From contig JBBRLQ010000004.1 of assembly GCA_038231275.1 (NCBI GenBank), positions 224,001-288,000 of the forward strand: a DNA stretch of 64,000 bases. The letters are read 5' to 3'. Shown here piece after piece: positions 55,985 to 64,000 of the stretch (positions are counted from its first letter, which is position 1; the number at the start of each line of letters is the position of its first letter). This DNA is from Polyangiales bacterium (GTDB lineage Bacteria; Myxococcota_A; Polyangia; Polyangiales; Polyangiaceae). Under the pieces are notes generated by a model. The model saw nothing but the letters and a program-made list of their open reading frames with translations. It had not been told where the DNA came from and ran no database searches. Made by a program: the position numbers and the translations under genes.

Positions 55985-57430
55985 CTAGCGCGCGCGGTAG
56001 AGTTGCTCGTACTGGCGCGCGGGGCGTTCCCAGCCGCGGTCGAGGCGCATGACGCGGCGGACCAGCTGGGGCCAGCGCGGGGAGGCGTGGGCAGCGATGC
56101 CGCGCTCGGCGGCGCCGAGGAGCGCGTCGACCGTGTCCTCCTGGAAGAGGAAGCCGGTGCCGGTCTCGAGCTTCGCGTCGCAGTCGACGACCGTATCGAC
56201 CAGGCCGCCGGTGGCGCGCGCGACGGGCAGCGCGCCGTACCGGTGCGCGTAGAGTTGGACGAGTCCGCACGGCTCGAAGCGGCTCGGCACGAGCACGAGA
56301 TCGGCGGCGGCGAACGCGCGGTGCACGAGCTGCTCGCTGGCGGCGCGCACGAAGACCGCGCGGCCGTCGCTCTTCTTCGCCGCGCCTTCGAGCGAGGCGG
56401 CGAGCGCGTCGTCCCCGTCGCCGCAGACGACGATCTGCGCGTCGCTCGCGCGGAGGATGCGGCCCATGACGCCCGCGACGAGATCCGTTCCCTTTTGCTC
56501 CACGAGGCGGCCCACGCTGAGGAGGATCGGCGCGGCGGTGTCGAGCGGGAGGCCGAGCTCGCGCTGCAGAGCGCCGCGGCAGCGCGCTTTGTTCGTCGCG
56601 TCCTCGGCGTCGTAGCGCGCGGCGAGGGCGGCGTCGGTCGCGGGGTTCCACACCGCGTTGTCCACTCCGTTGGTGATGCCGACGAGCGTGGCGCCGCGCG
56701 CCGCGAGGACGCCCTCGAGCCCGTGCCCCTGCGTGGCAGCGATCTCGCGCGCGTAGGTCGGGCTCACGGTGGTCACGACGTCGGCGGTCACGATGCCGAG
56801 CTTCAGGATGTTGGCCTTGCCGTAGAACTCCATCCCCTCCATCGTGAAGTGCTCCCAGCCGAGGCCGAGGGTCGGCACCACGTCGCGCGGGAAGACCCCC
56901 TGATGCGCGACGTTGTGAACGGTGAGGACGGTGCGCGTCGCCGCAAGCGCAGGCACCGAAGCCATCGCCGCATTCTTGTAGACGGGCACCAGCGCTGCCG
57001 GCCAGTCGTTGCAGTGGATGACGTCGTACGGCGCTCCGGCGAGGGCGCGCGCCTTCGCGATCTCGACCGCGACCTTCGAGAAGAGCGCGAACCGGAGCGC
57101 GTTGTCGGCGAAGTCTTCGTTGCCTTTTCCGTAGACGCCGCCGCGGTCGTACATGCCGGGCACGTCGACGAGGACGAGATCCACCTGCGACGGCAGCCGT
57201 CCGTCGTAGACCGTTGCCTGGAAATCTTTACCGCCCATCTCGATCGGGATCGGCGTCAGGCGACGGGCGACGAGGAGGCCGGAGGCCTCGAACTCGGGGA
57301 AGCGCGGCGCGACGATCGTGACCTTGTGCCCGAGGCCCCGGAGGGCTTTCGGCAGCGCGGCGGCGACGTCGGCCAGCCCGCCCACCTTCACGAACGGCGC
57401 TAGCTCGGTCGAAACGAAGAGGATCTCCAC
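55985..57430 (-). CDS. glgA: Glycogen synthase
   Basis: KVGGLADV, HCNDW, TVHN..HQG, TVSPTYAREI, GRLVEQKG, PSRFEPCGLVQ. Confidence 0.95.
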   Translation of the reverse strand: MEILFVSTELAPFVKVGGLADVAAALPKALRGLGHKVTIVAPRFPEFEASGLLVARRLTPIPIEMGGKDFQATVYDGRLPSQVDLVLVDVPGMYDRGGVYGKGNEDFADNALRFALFSKVAVEIAKARALAGAPYDVIHCNDWPAALVPVYKNAAMASVPALAATRTVLTVHNVAHQGVFPRDVVPTLGLGWEHFTMEGMEFYGKANILKLGIVTADVVTTVSPTYAREIAATQGHGLEGVLAARGATLVGITNGVDNAVWNPATDAALAARYDAEDATNKARCRGALQRELGLPLDTAAPILLSVGRLVEQKGTDLVAGVMGRILRASDAQIVVCGDGDDALAASLEGAAKKSDGRAVFVRAASEQLVHRAFAAADLVLVPSRFEPCGLVQLYAHRYGALPVARATGGLVDTVVDCDAKLETGTGFLFQEDTVDALLGAAERGIAAHASPRWPQLVRRVMRLDRGWERPARQYEQLYRAR

Positions 57431-57479
57431 GGGGCCGGTCTAGTAGCACGAGGGGCCCGCACAAAGTATCTAGACGTGT

Positions 57480-58553
57480 GTGACCCGGGTTCGTGGCACG
57501 GAACGGCTGGATTTGGTTCGCCCCGAGGGGGTGGCGGAGGGGTCCGTCGTCAGCATCTTTCGGGTGCCCCCCGAGGTCGATGGGCAGCGGCTCGACGTCT
57601 TCCTGCGCGATCAGCTGAAGCGCACGAGTCGTACTCGGACGCAGTGGATCATCCGCGTGAGCGCCTACGGCGAAGACGGACGGCGCCTCAAGCCCAACGA
57701 TCGCGTCCGGAGCGAGCAGCAGGTCTTCCTGTGGCGCGCGCCGTGGGACGAGGATCCGGTGCCGACCAACATCGACGTGCTCTACGAGGACGACGATCTG
57801 CTCGCGGTCGACAAGCCCGCCAACCTGCCGGTCCATCCCAGCGCGCGTTACCACAAGAACACGCTCATCAAGCTCCTCCACGCCCAGCGCCCCGGCGAGT
57901 TCTTGTCGCTCGGTCACAGGCTCGATCGCGAGACGAGCGGCGTGCTCCTCGTGTCGAAAACGCCGGAGTGCGATCGCGCGCTGAAGCGCATCTTCGAGCT
58001 GCGCGACGACGTCGAGAAGACGTACACGGCGATCACGTGGGGCGTGCCCGACGACGGCTCGGGGGAGATGGAGATGCGCGTCGCGCGGAGCATGGAGCTC
58101 GACAAGACCAACGCGTTCCGCGTGAAGATGCGCCTCTCCGACGGCCCCGACGCGCTCACCGCGGCGACGCGCTTCGAGGTCCTCGCGGTGGCGCGCCCGA
58201 CGCGGCCGGCAAGCGAGGGCCACGAGGGACGCGCGGGGCAGGTCTATGCGCGCGTGCGCTGCGAGCTCGAGACAGGGCGCCAACACCAGATCCGCGTCCA
58301 CCTCGCGTTCGCGATGGGGACGCCGATCGTCGGCGACAAGCTGTACGGCCCCGACGAGGAGCTCTTCGCGCGCGGCGTCGACGGCGAGCTCACCCCGGCC
58401 GACGTCGCACTCCTCGAGCTCCCGCGCCACGCGCTCCACGCCACGCGCCTCGCGCTCACGCATCCGATGACGGGCCGCCGACTCGAGATCAACGCGCCCA
58501 TCCCCGCCGATCTCGACGCGTTCTGGACCGCGTGCGAACAGAGGTCGTCGTAG
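57480..58553 (+). CDS. RluA/RluD-family pseudouridine synthase
   Basis: S4-like RLDVFL, VDKPANLPVHP, HRLDRETSG, TGRQHQIRVH, IVGDKLYG, ALHA. Confidence 0.93.
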   Translation: MTRVRGTERLDLVRPEGVAEGSVVSIFRVPPEVDGQRLDVFLRDQLKRTSRTRTQWIIRVSAYGEDGRRLKPNDRVRSEQQVFLWRAPWDEDPVPTNIDVLYEDDDLLAVDKPANLPVHPSARYHKNTLIKLLHAQRPGEFLSLGHRLDRETSGVLLVSKTPECDRALKRIFELRDDVEKTYTAITWGVPDDGSGEMEMRVARSMELDKTNAFRVKMRLSDGPDALTAATRFEVLAVARPTRPASEGHEGRAGQVYARVRCELETGRQHQIRVHLAFAMGTPIVGDKLYGPDEELFARGVDGELTPADVALLELPRHALHATRLALTHPMTGRRLEINAPIPADLDAFWTACEQRSS

Positions 58554-58562
58554 TCGAATCGA

Positions 58563-59438
58563 CTACGGACAGTCGTTCGCGGCGCCCGGCGTACCGAGAT
58601 CGGAGCCGGCGGTCCACGCCTTCGACGCGAGGCACCACCCCGCGGAGCCACCCGCCTGCGCGCCACTCGTCGCTTTGAGCTCGACGCTGTGACCACCCGG
58701 CGACGACTGGTTGTACCAACCGCCGTACGGCGCCTGCGCGATCTGCGTCGCGCCGTCCATGAGCATCAAGCTCCCCGACGAAGCGTTGGCCAGCAGGATG
58801 CCCTCCGTCGACGTCAGCCCCGTGCCGTACTCGTAAACGATCTTCGCCGCGGGGACCTTCGCGGCGGTCGCCGCCGACGTGTTCCTCGCGAGGACGACGT
58901 ACGCGCCCGCCGGGATGACGAGACTCGCGCCGCCGATCGTGTGCGTGCGCGCCGCGCCGTCGTGAAAGACGAGGCCGGTGAGGAGCTTGTCCTTCGCCGT
59001 GGTGTTGAAGAGCTCGATCCACTCGTTGTCGGGCTCGGTGCCCGACGGGTCGTACATGACCTCGCTCACGATGACCTCGCCGGCGGCGGGCTTCGTCACG
59101 CCGGGGGGCGGGGGCGGGGGTGGCGGCGGCGGCGGCGCGGAATCGGCTGCGCCCCCTCCTGCGTCCGAAGGCGGCGGCGGCGGAGGAGGCGACGGCGGTG
59201 GCGAATTGTCGCCCGATCCCGACGCGTCGGGTCCGCCATCGACGTTTCCATTCATGACGTGTCCGCCGTCTCCCGAGCCGCCCGTCGTGGACGCGCCCGC
59301 GTCGGGGTCGCTCGTGAGACCGGGGTCGTCGAACGAAGGGGCCACCGCGCAGCCGGCAATGGCGCCGACCGACAGTACGCTCCAGATCCAAGTACGCACG
59401 GCGCAGCTCACGTTCCGACAAACGTTCGCGTTGGGCAT
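58563..59438 (-). CDS. Lamin-tail-domain lipoprotein
   Basis: Lipobox IAG-C, Pro-rich linker, VIVSEVMYDP...EWIELFNTT...GTPGAAN. Confidence 0.85.
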   Translation of the reverse strand: MPNANVCRNVSCAVRTWIWSVLSVGAIAGCAVAPSFDDPGLTSDPDAGASTTGGSGDGGHVMNGNVDGGPDASGSGDNSPPPSPPPPPPPSDAGGGAADSAPPPPPPPPPPPGVTKPAAGEVIVSEVMYDPSGTEPDNEWIELFNTTAKDKLLTGLVFHDGAARTHTIGGASLVIPAGAYVVLARNTSAATAAKVPAAKIVYEYGTGLTSTEGILLANASSGSLMLMDGATQIAQAPYGGWYNQSSPGGHSVELKATSGAQAGGSAGWCLASKAWTAGSDLGTPGAANDCP

Positions 59439-59608
59439 GGGACTCCGGACCGCTATATGAGCCTCGCCTCACAAAATCGCAACGCGCTTCGAAAGCGCTG
59501 TCGAACGATTACCGTGAGCGTGAATCTTTGCAGGCCGAACGGCCGCGCTGGTGCCATTTCCGCGGGCGATTTCAGCGTCTCCGCCGCGTCGCGGACGCGC
59601 CGAAGCTC

Positions 59609-59920
59609 TCAGAGACCGCGGGGCACTTTGTCGAGGTCGAGCTGATCCAACGCCGCACGGATGAGCGCGCTGCGGTTCGCCTTCGTCACGCCGCGCGCCT
59701 TCAGCTCGTCGACGAGCCGGTCGAGGCGATCGAGGTCCTTCGTGTACATCGAGATGCAGATCACCTTGTAGTGCGTCGGCTTCTCGGTCCCTGCTTTCGG
59801 TGACGGCTTCGGGGTCTCGCCGCGCGGCGTGTAGAACGTGCCGGAGAGCACGCCCTGCACCTCGTCGCCGTCGAGCACACGAGCCGCACCGAGCCCTGCT
59901 CCATCATCACGCGCCGCCAT
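59609..59920 (-). CDS. Small ribbon-helix-helix-type protein
   Basis: GGAGGA RBS; KVICISMY strand, then DLDRLDRLVDELKARG helix and NRSALIRAAL helix. Confidence 0.7.
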   Translation of the reverse strand: MAARDDGAGLGAARVLDGDEVQGVLSGTFYTPRGETPKPSPKAGTEKPTHYKVICISMYTKDLDRLDRLVDELKARGVTKANRSALIRAALDQLDLDKVPRGL

Positions 59921-59959
59921 CGTTTCCTCCGCGATTCGTCAGGTTCGAAGTTTTCGTCG

Positions 59960-61300
59960 TCACGCGGTCGCCCTCGCGTCCTCGGTCTCGCCGAGCTCCG
60001 GCGCGGTCACGCCGGCCGCGCCGGTTCCGTCGATGTACCGGCGCACGACGCGCCTGTAGTCGGCCGCCGCGTTGGAGTCGCCCGCGTACTCGAAGATCGT
60101 CTTGCCCTGCGCGGGCGCCTCTTTGATCTTGATCGTCGAGCGCACCGGGCTGAGGCATCGCTCGCCGAAGTGCTGCTGGAGGGTGTCGACCGCGTCGCGG
60201 CAGATGCGCGCGCGCGCGTCGTAGAACGTCGGCAGGACGCCGTAGATCTCGACAGGGTGATGGAGGAGGCTGTTGACGTTCTTGACCGTCTTGATGACCT
60301 GCCGCACGCCAACGAGCGAGAGGAAGTCGCACGCCACGGGCACCAGGATGCCCTCGGCAAAGACGAGCGCGTTCTGGTTCATGAGCGAGAGCGACGGTGA
60401 GCAGTCGAGGACGACGACGTCGTAGCCCTCGCACGCCGACGCGAGGCGCTGCTGGAGGATGCGGTCGCGGTTCTGCCGTCCCGCGAGGTAGAGTTCGGCG
60501 GCCGCGAGCGTCTCGTTCGACGCCACGAGATCGAGGTTCGGGCGCACGGGAATCGCGACGTCGGACGGGCGGAGACCCATCACGAGCACGTGGTAAAGCG
60601 AGCGCTCCGCCTTCACGCCGAGCGAGACGCCAACGTTGCCCTGCGAGTCCGTGTCGACGAGCAGAACCTTCAGTCCCTCGGCGGCGAGGCCCGCGGCGAC
60701 GCTCACCGTGGTGGTGGTCTTGCCGGTGCCGCCCTTGTGGTTGAAGACGGCGAGACGTCGGGGGCCATGGATCTTGCGGCGCGCGACGACGGGTGCGCGC
60801 ATGGGGGAAACGGGGGCGCCGCCGGTGACGGTCGCGGTCGGAGCCGGAGCCGCGGTCGGCGTCGCGGTCGTGGTCGGCGTCGCGGTCGGCGTCGCGGTCG
60901 TGGTCGTGGTCGCGGTCGGCGTCGCGGTCGTGGTCGTGGTCGGGTGATAAATCGGTGCGAGCGTGGGCGTCGGTGCCGGCAACACCGCAGGAGGAGGGGC
61001 GGTCATCGCGCCGAGACGCGCGCCGCCGGCTTCCGCAAGCAGCTGGGTGCGGCACGGGTCGGAGCACGCATACCGGCGCTGTCCCTGCACGCGGAGCACC
61101 TGCGAGACGAGCTCGACGCTGAAGCGCTTACTGCACCCGTCACACGTCGCGCCGCCCGACGTCTCGCCGCGCATCGCCTTGCCGTGGCAGTGCTGGGAGC
61201 AATAAAACGCGAAGCCGCCGTCTCGCTCTTCCATCTGGTAGCGAAACTGCACTTCGAATGTAGTGCCGCATACGCTGCAGCCTTCGGACATCGCCGCCAT
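59960..61300 (-). CDS. ParA/Soj ATPase with two N-terminal TRASH-like metal fingers
   Basis: GGAGG RBS; CSVC..CSQHC and CDGC..CSDPC; Thr/Pro linker; deviant Walker A KGGTGKTT, DTDSQGN, LDCSPSL, IKEAPAQG. Confidence 0.9.
   Translation of the reverse strand: MAAMSEGCSVCGTTFEVQFRYQMEERDGGFAFYCSQHCHGKAMRGETSGGATCDGCSKRFSVELVSQVLRVQGQRRYACSDPCRTQLLAEAGGARLGAMTAPPPAVLPAPTPTLAPIYHPTTTTTATPTATTTTTATPTATPTTTATPTAAPAPTATVTGGAPVSPMRAPVVARRKIHGPRRLAVFNHKGGTGKTTTTVSVAAGLAAEGLKVLLVDTDSQGNVGVSLGVKAERSLYHVLVMGLRPSDVAIPVRPNLDLVASNETLAAAELYLAGRQNRDRILQQRLASACEGYDVVVLDCSPSLSLMNQNALVFAEGILVPVACDFLSLVGVRQVIKTVKNVNSLLHHPVEIYGVLPTFYDARARICRDAVDTLQQHFGERCLSPVRSTIKIKEAPAQGKTIFEYAGDSNAAADYRRVVRRYIDGTGAAGVTAPELGETEDARATA
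60851..60942. repeat. Coding tandem repeat (GTCGCG/GTCGTG/GTCGGC hexamers) encoding the Thr/Pro/Ala linker
   Basis: About 15 degenerate hexamer units encoding PTTTTTATPTAT... Confidence 0.7.
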
Positions 61301-61389
61301 GGGTAGCCTCCCGTGTAGGCTCCACTAGCCAGAACGGGGCGGGTTTGGCCAAATAAGTGGCTACCGAAATCCGCGCGCTCGCGACGGGC

Positions 61390-62946
61390 TCAATGGCGGA
61401 AGTGACGGACGCCGGTGAAGATCATGGCGAGGTTGTGCGCGTTGGCCATCGCGATCACGTCGGGATCTTTCACGCTGCCGCCCGGCTGCGCGATGGCGGT
61501 GATTCCTGCTTTCGCAGCCGCCTCCACGCCGTCCGGAAACGGGAAGAACGCGTCTGAAGAAAGGACGCTCCCCTTCGCGAGAGCACCCGCCTTTTCGACG
61601 GCGATCTGGACGCTGATGACGCGCGACATTTGCCCGGCGCCGACGCCGACGGTGCGCTCGCCGTGCGCGAGCACGATGGCATTCGACTTCACGTGTTTGC
61701 AGACACGCCACGAAAACTCCAGAGTTTTTCGCTCCTGTTCGGTGGGCGGTCGCGCGCTCACGACCCTCCCGTTCAGGACCTCATCACGACCGGTTGCGTC
61801 GCGCGTCTGCACGACGAGGCCGCCGCCCACGCGCTTGTACTGGAGCGCCGCGTGGCCCGCGTCGAGCCATGCGCCCGTCGCGAGGAGGCGCAGGTTCTTC
61901 TTCGCGCGCAGCACCTCGAGCGCTGCCGTCGAGTAGCTCGGCGCGACGACGCACTCGAGGAACGTCTCCGCGAGGATCTTCGCGGTGGTCTCGTCGACCT
62001 CGCGGTTGAGGGCGACGATCCCACCGAACGCGGAGAGCGCGTCGGCGTCGCGCGCCACCTTGTAGGCGTCGGGCAGCGCGTCGGCGACGGCGACCCCGCA
62101 CGGGTTCGTGTGCTTGACGACGACCGCCGCGGGACGCTCGAACTCGCGGACCGCATCGAGCGCGGCCTCGACGTCGACGAGGTTGTTGAAGCTCAGCTCC
62201 TTGCCGCCCGCCCCCAGGCTCTCCGCGCGCGCGAGGGACCCAGGCGCCGCGTTCTTTTCAATGTAAAATGCGCCCTGCTGGTGCGGGTTCTCTCCGTACC
62301 GAAGGCCATACGCCTTCTCGAACGGCAAGGTCAGGTACCCGGGGAACTGCGCGCGCGTCCCGTCGACCTGGTGGCCAGAGAGGTAGCCGCTGATCGCCGC
62401 GTCGTACGCCGCGGTGTGCGCGAAGGCCTTGGCCGCCAGCTCCGCGCGCGTCGCTGCGGTGACGCCGCCCGACTCCGTGAGCTCCTTCGCGACGCGATCG
62501 TAGTCCGTGGGATCGCACACCACCGCGACCCGCGCGTGGTTCTTCGCCGCGGAGCGCACCATCGACGGTCCGCCGATGTCGATGTTCTCGATGATGTGCT
62601 CGTGCGTAGAGCCCGCCGTCGCCACGGTTTTTTCGAACGGGTAGAGGTTCACGATCACCAGATCGATCTCGCGCCCGCCGAGCTTCTCGAGATCCTTCTC
62701 GTCGACCTTGCCGCGCGAGAGGATGCCGCCGTGCACGCGCGGGTGCAGCGTCTTCACACGACCGCCCATCACCTCCGGCGAGCCGGTGTACGACTCGACG
62801 GTCTCGACCTCGACGCCCTCGTCGGCGAGCGCCTTCGCGGTGCCGCCGCTCGACAGGATCCTCACGCCCTGCTTCACGAGCGCGCGCGCGAACGGGAACA
62901 AGCCGGTCTTGTCGCTGACGGAGATGAGCGCGGTTTTTTGTGCCAT
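61390..62946 (-). CDS. purH: Bifunctional AICAR transformylase / IMP cyclohydrolase
   Basis: ALISVSDKTG, GRVKTLHP, IDIGGPSMVRSAAKNH, RYGENPHQ, KHTNPCG, SDAFFPF, RHFRH. Confidence 0.97.
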   Translation of the reverse strand: MAQKTALISVSDKTGLFPFARALVKQGVRILSSGGTAKALADEGVEVETVESYTGSPEVMGGRVKTLHPRVHGGILSRGKVDEKDLEKLGGREIDLVIVNLYPFEKTVATAGSTHEHIIENIDIGGPSMVRSAAKNHARVAVVCDPTDYDRVAKELTESGGVTAATRAELAAKAFAHTAAYDAAISGYLSGHQVDGTRAQFPGYLTLPFEKAYGLRYGENPHQQGAFYIEKNAAPGSLARAESLGAGGKELSFNNLVDVEAALDAVREFERPAAVVVKHTNPCGVAVADALPDAYKVARDADALSAFGGIVALNREVDETTAKILAETFLECVVAPSYSTAALEVLRAKKNLRLLATGAWLDAGHAALQYKRVGGGLVVQTRDATGRDEVLNGRVVSARPPTEQERKTLEFSWRVCKHVKSNAIVLAHGERTVGVGAGQMSRVISVQIAVEKAGALAKGSVLSSDAFFPFPDGVEAAAKAGITAIAQPGGSVKDPDVIAMANAHNLAMIFTGVRHFRH

Positions 62947-62989
62947 TGCGACGGGGAGGTACCCCGCCGAACCGAGCCCGTCAATGCAC

Positions 62990-63022
62990 GACGCCCCACG
63001 CGGCGGGGCCGTGCGGGGCGTC
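62990..63022. terminator. GC-rich stem-loop downstream of the sigma4-like gene
   Basis: GACGCCCCACGCGGC-GGG-GCCGTGCGGGGCGTC; no poly-U tract. Confidence 0.4.
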
Positions 63023-63057
63023 AGGAAGAGCTGAAAATAAGGCGGATCGGGCGACGA

Positions 63058-63807
63058 TCAGTCGTCGAGCGCGGCGCTGGCAAACTCCTCGACGTCGAAC
63101 TCCTCGACCGCTTCGGGAGGGGCACTATCCTTCGTCTTCTCGGTCGCGACATCCTCGACTTCGTCGAGGTCCTCGCTCTCCTCTTCGTCCTCTTCCTCGA
63201 CAACCGGGCGCGTGAGCACCGGGAGGCGGCGCTTCCCGACGGGGCCTTCGTCGACGTAGTCGCGGAGCGCGCTCATGTCCTTCAGGGCCTCGAGCTTCGC
63301 GAGCCCCTTCACCTCGACCTGGCGGATGCGCTCGCGGGTCAGGTTCATGATGGCGCCGACCTCTTCGAGGGTCGTCCCGCCACGATCGGACACGTCTAAG
63401 GCGCAGGTCTCGGTCATCTCCCACACCTCCAGATCGGGGAAGTTCAGCTTGATCGCGCCGGTCTTCGCCGACACGTCGAGATAAAGGTGGTGCTTGCACG
63501 AGACGAACGGGCACGGCCGCTCGCCGTTCGCGCACTCGGCGCGCGTGCGCGGCTTGTCGACCGGCGCCTCCGGGTAGAGCATGCGCCCGAGCTCGAGCTC
63601 GCGCTTCGTCATGCGCTTCACGCTGATCGTCCGCGCGCGCACGTCGCGCTTGCGACGCGAACGACGCTGCTCGCGCGTGACGTGCTCTCCCTCCGGCGCG
63701 TCGATCGGGGCGGGGGCGAGCGCGAGGGCTCCCTCCGTCTCCACGGCCATCTCCGGCATGTCCATCGTCTCTTCCTCTTCCGTCCCCGGAACGTGCTTCG
63801 CGTCCAT
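63058..63807 (-). CDS. Sigma70 region-4-only DNA-binding protein with Cys/His motif and acidic tail
   Basis: ATG 63807 with [26 protein letters not shown]...[33 protein letters not shown]; no region 2. Confidence 0.8.
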   Translation of the reverse strand: MDAKHVPGTEEEETMDMPEMAVETEGALALAPAPIDAPEGEHVTREQRRSRRKRDVRARTISVKRMTKRELELGRMLYPEAPVDKPRTRAECANGERPCPFVSCKHHLYLDVSAKTGAIKLNFPDLEVWEMTETCALDVSDRGGTTLEEVGAIMNLTRERIRQVEVKGLAKLEALKDMSALRDYVDEGPVGKRRLPVLTRPVVEEEDEEESEDLDEVEDVATEKTKDSAPPEAVEEFDVEEFASAALDD

Positions 63808-64000
63808 TCGTGCTCCTCCCGAGTGGATCTCGGCCGGTGGCGCTCGTCCCGCGAGCGTCCGACAAAGATCTCCCTGCGAAGCGAACGTGAGGGTCGCCTC
63901 ACCCACACGCCGCCACAGCCACTTCTTTTGAAACGATTTTGCGGAGACGCGGCAGCGGCCGGCGTCCACGCGGATCGTCTTGCTACATCGCTTCCCGCTG

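Noticed and set aside
59542-59557. Minus-strand TGGCAC as a sigma54 promoter for the lamin-tail lipoprotein
   Set aside because: The -12 element reads CGGC instead of TTGC, too weak to call.
62947-63057. ZMP/ZTP riboswitch upstream of purH
   Set aside because: The 111-bp spacer lacks the pfl-motif consensus blocks; it holds a simple hairpin and a TTGACG-type promoter close to the ATG.
1-64000. Hundreds of long overlapping Arg/Ala/Pro-rich ORFs (e.g. 36759-39770, 32984-35353, 52826-55252)
   Set aside because: Antisense or frame-shifted shadows expected in high-GC DNA; no recognisable motifs, and each overlaps a well-supported gene.

Overview
GC-rich bacterial chromosomal DNA with a strongly myxobacterial (Polyangiaceae/Sorangiineae-like) gene repertoire: many Cys-lipoproteins, a Ser/Thr kinase, FHA and PP2C proteins, a PilZ-Hsp70 fusion and CDGxDNDCxG motifs. 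The taxonomy is inferred from gene content only. I count about 52 protein-coding genes and one tRNA-Thr(CGT), and see no CRISPR array, integrase or transposase. Housekeeping genes include ltaE, clpS-clpA, a universal stress protein, glgA, an RluA-family synthase and purH. Best candidates for under-described systems: (1) at the left edge, an operon of a YceI-like protein, a lipoprotein with two CxxxxC cores and a DUF692/MNIO enzyme (missed by the ORF track), i.e. a probable membrane-anchored metal-binding RiPP; (2) a ~14-kb synthase-dependent exopolysaccharide locus (35164-49135) with a processive GT2, histidine kinase, receiver, 1211-aa HEAT protein and six-hairpin glycosidase in one translationally coupled operon, plus a TPR/YaiO-like outer-membrane barrel and a divergent active/apparently inactive deacetylase pair; (3) a ParA ATPase fused to two TRASH-like metal fingers followed by a ribbon-helix-helix partner. 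Non-coding signals read directly from the sequence include a sigma54 promoter with tandem palindromes, a LexA-like box, a LysR box, a FadR-type operator and many leaderless-type -10 boxes. Start codons were re-assigned by eye where the longest ORF looked over-extended; no database searches were run.
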